Of a stretch of 64,000 nt of DNA, positions 60,179 to 64,000 are shown piece by piece. Source of the stretch: Leucoraja ocellata. Lineage: Eukaryota. The notes under the pieces were generated by a model that saw only the letters and a program-made list of their open reading frames with translations, was not told the DNA's origin and did not search any database. Location: the NCBI GenBank assembly GCA_036785375.1, contig JAWMAR010000020.1, positions 9,052,001 to 9,116,000 on the forward strand, written 5' to 3'. The position numbers and the translations under genes were made by a program. Position 1 is the first letter of the stretch. The number at the start of each line of letters is the position of its first letter.

Positions 60179-60867
60179 CAGGGGTGGGGAACCTGCGGCT
60201 TTAGGGCCGCATGCCTTCAATGCCATTAAGTGCGGCGTTTTGAATGAATCCAAATTTTGTAGAACAAATCCTTGTATTTTTATTAATATGTTTTTGTTCG
60301 TCTTTTATTATTTTTATTTTAATCTTAAAATAAACGTATTTAAAATACCAAAAATTAAATGATGATTCAATGAATTAATCCTCCCCGACTGACGGCCACA
60401 ATTAAAACATTAATAAGTCATGAGGGCTATTTTAACACCTGTTGTGCTCATGATTTAGTTCTAATGTACGTTAACTTTGACAAACGCACGAAAAATGCTT
60501 TCTTGCTTTTCAACCACATTGCTGCGAATCTACATTCTCCTACCTAACCCAAATCAAGACGCCCTTAAGGTCACAAATGACGGACACCCATCTGGAAGAT
60601 CATCTGAAACTGCGTACCTCCATGTTGCAACCAAATATTCAAATGCTTTCCCAAAAAAAACAGTCACAACAAAGTCATTAAAAGGTTAATTAACTTTAGA
60701 ATTAACCATTTTTTTTTCATTTTCTTGAAGTTAGTACATAGTAGTTAGATTTTTACAAAATAATGTACATTTTGAAGTATATCTAATTGAAGTTTCTTGG
60801 ATGCGGCCTTATTACATTACAGCTAACTTAATGCGGCATTCCAACATGAAAAGGTTCCCCACCCCTG
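60179..60867 (+). mobile_element. Non-autonomous hAT-Charlie-type transposon retaining the transposase C-terminus
   Basis: TIRs caggggtggggaacct / aggttccccacccctg; perfect 8-bp TSD CTCTAAAC; remnant FSTT.CCESTFSYLTQIKTPLRSQMTDTHLEDHLKL..QPNIQML..KQSQQSH*. Confidence 0.93.
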
Positions 60868-61139
60868 CTCTAAACAAAACTAGGCTTCCTTCTCTGCATT
60901 TTAGAATAACCTTTTAGATTCTACAAGCAAGGATTGTCAGATTTCATTTCTTCAGCAAAAGAGTAAAAGTGCTGTTGTTCATTAAATATAATGGATGTTG
61001 GCAATATTCTCCTGTGGAATCCCCCTCTATATTAAGGAATGTTTTGATAAAATTTAAATAAAGCCTATTATATCAAGAAAATCAAATGGATTATCAGCCC
61101 AAGTCATTTAGGAACTATGCCATGAACTCTATGGATGCA

Positions 61140-61960
61140 AAAGAAGGACTTGTATCTGTATGGTTCCTTTACCAGCATCTTAATGCTCGTTACGGGCAAA
61201 TAAGTGTGTAATATAGATCATGTGAACCCGATTACCACTCTGCAATGTAATGAGAATCTTAGTCGCTTTTTGGTGATGCTGATTAGTTTAGTTTAGAGAT
61301 ACAGCGCGGTAACGGTCCATTCGGCCCACCAGGTCCACGCCGACCAGCGATCCCTGCTCATTAACATGATTCGACACACACTAGGGACTTGTGAGTAGGT
61401 GTACACACTGAACTTTCTTTTCTCTCTCGTTTATCGTATTGTTTACAGCGTACTATGTTTACATATTCTGTTGTGCTGAAGCAAGTGAGAATTTCATTGT
61501 TCTATCTGGGACACATGACAATAAAACACTCTTGACCCTTGACTCTTGACTTGACAAGTTTTTTTTACATTTACCAAGCCAATTAACCTACAAACCTGAA
61601 CATCTTTGGAGTGGGGGAGGAAACCGAAGATGTCGGAGAAAACCCACGCAAGTCACAGGGAGAACGTACAAACTCCATACAGACAGCACCCGTAGTCTCC
61701 GGTGCTGCAAGCGCTGTAAGGCAGCAACTCTACCGCTGTGCCACTAAACTGCAGATTAAAAGGTGACTAATGACCAGATTGCCATGGATAAATCCTCTAC
61801 GTTTAACATGATGATATATGTCCACACATGCAATTTTTTAGTCCCTTACCTGAGTGATAGTATCTCTGACAATGCGGCACTCACATGGTACTACCCTCTG
61901 TGTTGGATTGGATTTAATGCACATGCCTTTGAAGTTTGGCTGAATCTCCAACCTTGTATA
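61140..61960 (-). mobile_element. Fragmented ancient Deu-domain SINE (SacSINE1/AmnSINE-like)
   Basis: Tail-like 61140-61283; Deu-like atctctgacaatgcggcactcacatggtact..tgttggattggatt at 61860-61915; recalled similarity only. Confidence 0.45.
61284..61745 (-). mobile_element. V-SINE with a nested plus-strand Rex-type tail (about 61390-61555)
   Basis: SINE split after ctagggac; insert ends gacaataaaacac(tcttgac)n. Confidence 0.88.
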
Positions 61961-62054
61961 GTTTAAATGTGTAGGAAGGAACTGCAGGTGCTTGTTTAAA
62001 CTGAAGGGTATTGACCCACTGAGTTACTCCAGCTTTTTGTGGCTATCATCCTGT

Positions 62055-62338
62055 TTAGATTAGTTTAGTTTAGAGATTTGTTAAATAAATAAACAGGCCC
62101 TTCGGCCCACCAAAATCCATGCTGACCAGCGATCCCTGTACTCTAGCATTACCCTACACACAAGCGACAACTTGCAATTTTTACCAAAGCCAATTAACCT
62201 ACAAAACCGGAGTGCCCGGAAAAAACATGGTCACGGGGAGAACGTACAAACTCTGCGCAGACAACACCCGTAGTCAGGATCAAACCTGGGTGTCAGGTGC
62301 TGCACGTTAGTAACTCTACTGCTGCACCACTGTGCCGC
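62055..62338 (-). mobile_element. V-SINE
   Basis: Reverse-complement tail, partial V-domain, head. Confidence 0.88.
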
Positions 62339-62564
62339 TCCAAAGAGTCACTGTTGATACAATATGTGGGAACAGAGAAATTAGTGTCAGAATAACAATA
62401 AATACAATTCTTTATGAAAATGATAATAGACTTCTATTGTGTGATTTACTGCACTAGCATGCATTTGGATTGGGCGTTTCCTAACATGACTCACCTTGTT
62501 CTTTCATTACCATTCACACATGCAAAAACATCATTAGTGGGCACAATATTCATCTCTGTCTTAC

Positions 62565-62878
62565 CATAGAGTCATAGTGTCATAGTCTTACAGCGTGGAA
62601 ACAGGCACTTTGGCTCAACTTGCCCACACCGACCATCCACACTAGTCCCACCTGCCTGCATTTGGCCCATATCCCTCTAAACTCGTCCTATCCATGTCCT
62701 TGTTTAAATGTTTCTTAAACATTGTGATAGTCCCTGCCTCAACTGCCAAATCCGGCAGCTCGTTCCATACGCTCACAGTCACCACCCTTTGAATGAAAAA
62801 CGTACCCCTCAGGTTCCTGTTAAATCTTTCCACTGATCACCCTAAACCTTTGTCCTCTGGTTCTCGATTCCCCTACTC
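62565..62878 (-). mobile_element. CR1 3' fragment
   Basis: ORF 62642-62833 RNLRGTFFIQRVV..WNELP. Confidence 0.9.
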
Positions 62879-63274
62879 GTAGAGCAGAAAATGAATGAGA
62901 GTGAAAGTGAGCAGTGGACGTTTGACAGAAGGCACTGTGCATTTGCAGAGCTGAGAGCATTTAGATCCAGCACGTATCTCTGCTTGTGCAATTGTCTTGT
63001 AATGTTAAATGCTGCTGTTAATAATACAAGGCACCAGAGCAGTGGAAGATGCTGAAAGCTCCACAGGAAGAAGCCTGAGGCATTTAATATCCCAATCCAT
63101 GATTCAGTTACCTTGCATTCGAGCTCATGTAATCAACATTTTGCCATTCTTTTTATTTATTTAACAAATTAGCCCAACTGCTAATGGATGGCCAAATGAA
63201 GATGGCCCCTTCATCCAGTATTATCCTTTGCTCTTGTTCATTCTCCATTTTGCAGGGATGTGGGTGTTTTTAGT

Positions 63275-63457
63275 AGGAAAGAACTGCAGATGCTGGCTTA
63301 AATCGAAGATAGACACAAAATGCTGGAGTGGGTGACGTTTCGGGTCAAGACCCTTCATCAGACTGAAAAAGGGTCTCGACCCGAAACGTCACCCATTCAT
63401 TCTCTCCAGAGATGCTACCTGACCCACTGAGTTACTCCAGCATTTTGTGTCTATCAT
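63275..63457. mobile_element. Penelope-derived inverted pair, 14-bp TSD
   Basis: Pivot tcag-a-ctga at 63358-63366; flanks tgggtgtttttagt (63261-63274) and tggttgtttttagt (63458-63471). Confidence 0.9.
63331..63364 (-). ncRNA. Minimal type-I hammerhead ribozyme motif (Penelope-associated)
   Basis: Minus strand reads agu-CUGAUGA-A-GGGU(cuug)ACCC-GAAA-C-GUC-acc: intact core, 4-bp helix II, palindromic ACGU in place of helix III. Confidence 0.6.
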
Positions 63458-63804
63458 TGGTTGTTTTTAGTGTTGCTTTTTTTCACCACCCACATATCAA
63501 ATGGATTTAATTCATGTAACGCACTTTTAAACATAATTAGGCAGAATGTATTATGTATAACCGGGCTCTTCTGCTGCCTGCCTTGTGCAAGGGGCAGTGT
63601 CCAGTGCCTGTGTTGTCCAGCTGTGCACACGCACACACACACTGGGGAGATGGATGGACGCAGCTTCCCGCTCCTGTACCCGCGGCGCTGTCACTGCCGA
63701 TGATGATCAGCCGGGAGCCCCCAAAGGCAGATCCCGTGCGAGGTTCCCACTGCACTCTCCGGAACACAAGGACGGACAATGCAGCTAATATCAAACCATT
63801 GATC

Positions 63805-64000
63805 GAGGGAAGGAACTGCAGATGCGGGTTTAAACTGAAGATAGACACAAAATGCTGGTAACTCAGCTGATCAAGAGTCAGGAGTCAAGTGTTTTATTGT
63901 CATATGTCCAGATAGAACAATTACATTCTTACTTGCAGCAGCACAACAGAATATGTAAACATAGTACACTGTAAACAATATTAAAACTGAGGGGAAAAAG
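63805..64000 (-). mobile_element. Penelope tail fragment followed by a minus-strand Rex-type tail
   Basis: ggaaggaactgcagatgc.ggtttaaa..; then reverse complement of the 61420-61550 tail. Confidence 0.8.

Noticed and set aside
63553-63861. GC-rich unique stretch with ORFs on both strands
   Set aside because: No splice pair or protein motif supports coding; the ORFs run into a Penelope tail

Overview
Repeat-dominated vertebrate nuclear DNA, most likely from a cartilaginous fish (skate or ray). That assignment is inferred from the combination of HE1/V-type tRNA-derived SINEs, CR1 (HER1-like) LINEs, Rex1/Babar LINEs and Penelope-like elements. No complete host gene is present. Most ORFs in the supplied track are retroelement debris or chance ORFs in SINEs. 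Two plus-strand phase-0 candidate exons (33432-33569 and 50007-50132) suggest the window may lie within long introns of an unidentified gene. Mobile content: about 30 V-SINE copies or fragments, about 25 CR1 fragments, a 2-kb Rex1/Babar RT copy plus many 3' tails, Tx1 and L2 remnants, six palindromic PIF/Harbinger-type MITEs, two complete hAT-Charlie non-autonomous elements, a Tc1 deletion derivative and three assembly gaps. The most notable signal is about 25 copies of a short Penelope-derived unit carrying a minimal hammerhead ribozyme motif (CUGANGA-A-GGGU/ACCC-GAAACGUC). Several copies are fold-back inverted pairs flanked by 12-15 bp target-site duplications, pivoting near a native TCAG-N-CTGA palindrome at the edge of the ribozyme core. 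Boundaries of decayed repeats were read by eye and are approximate.
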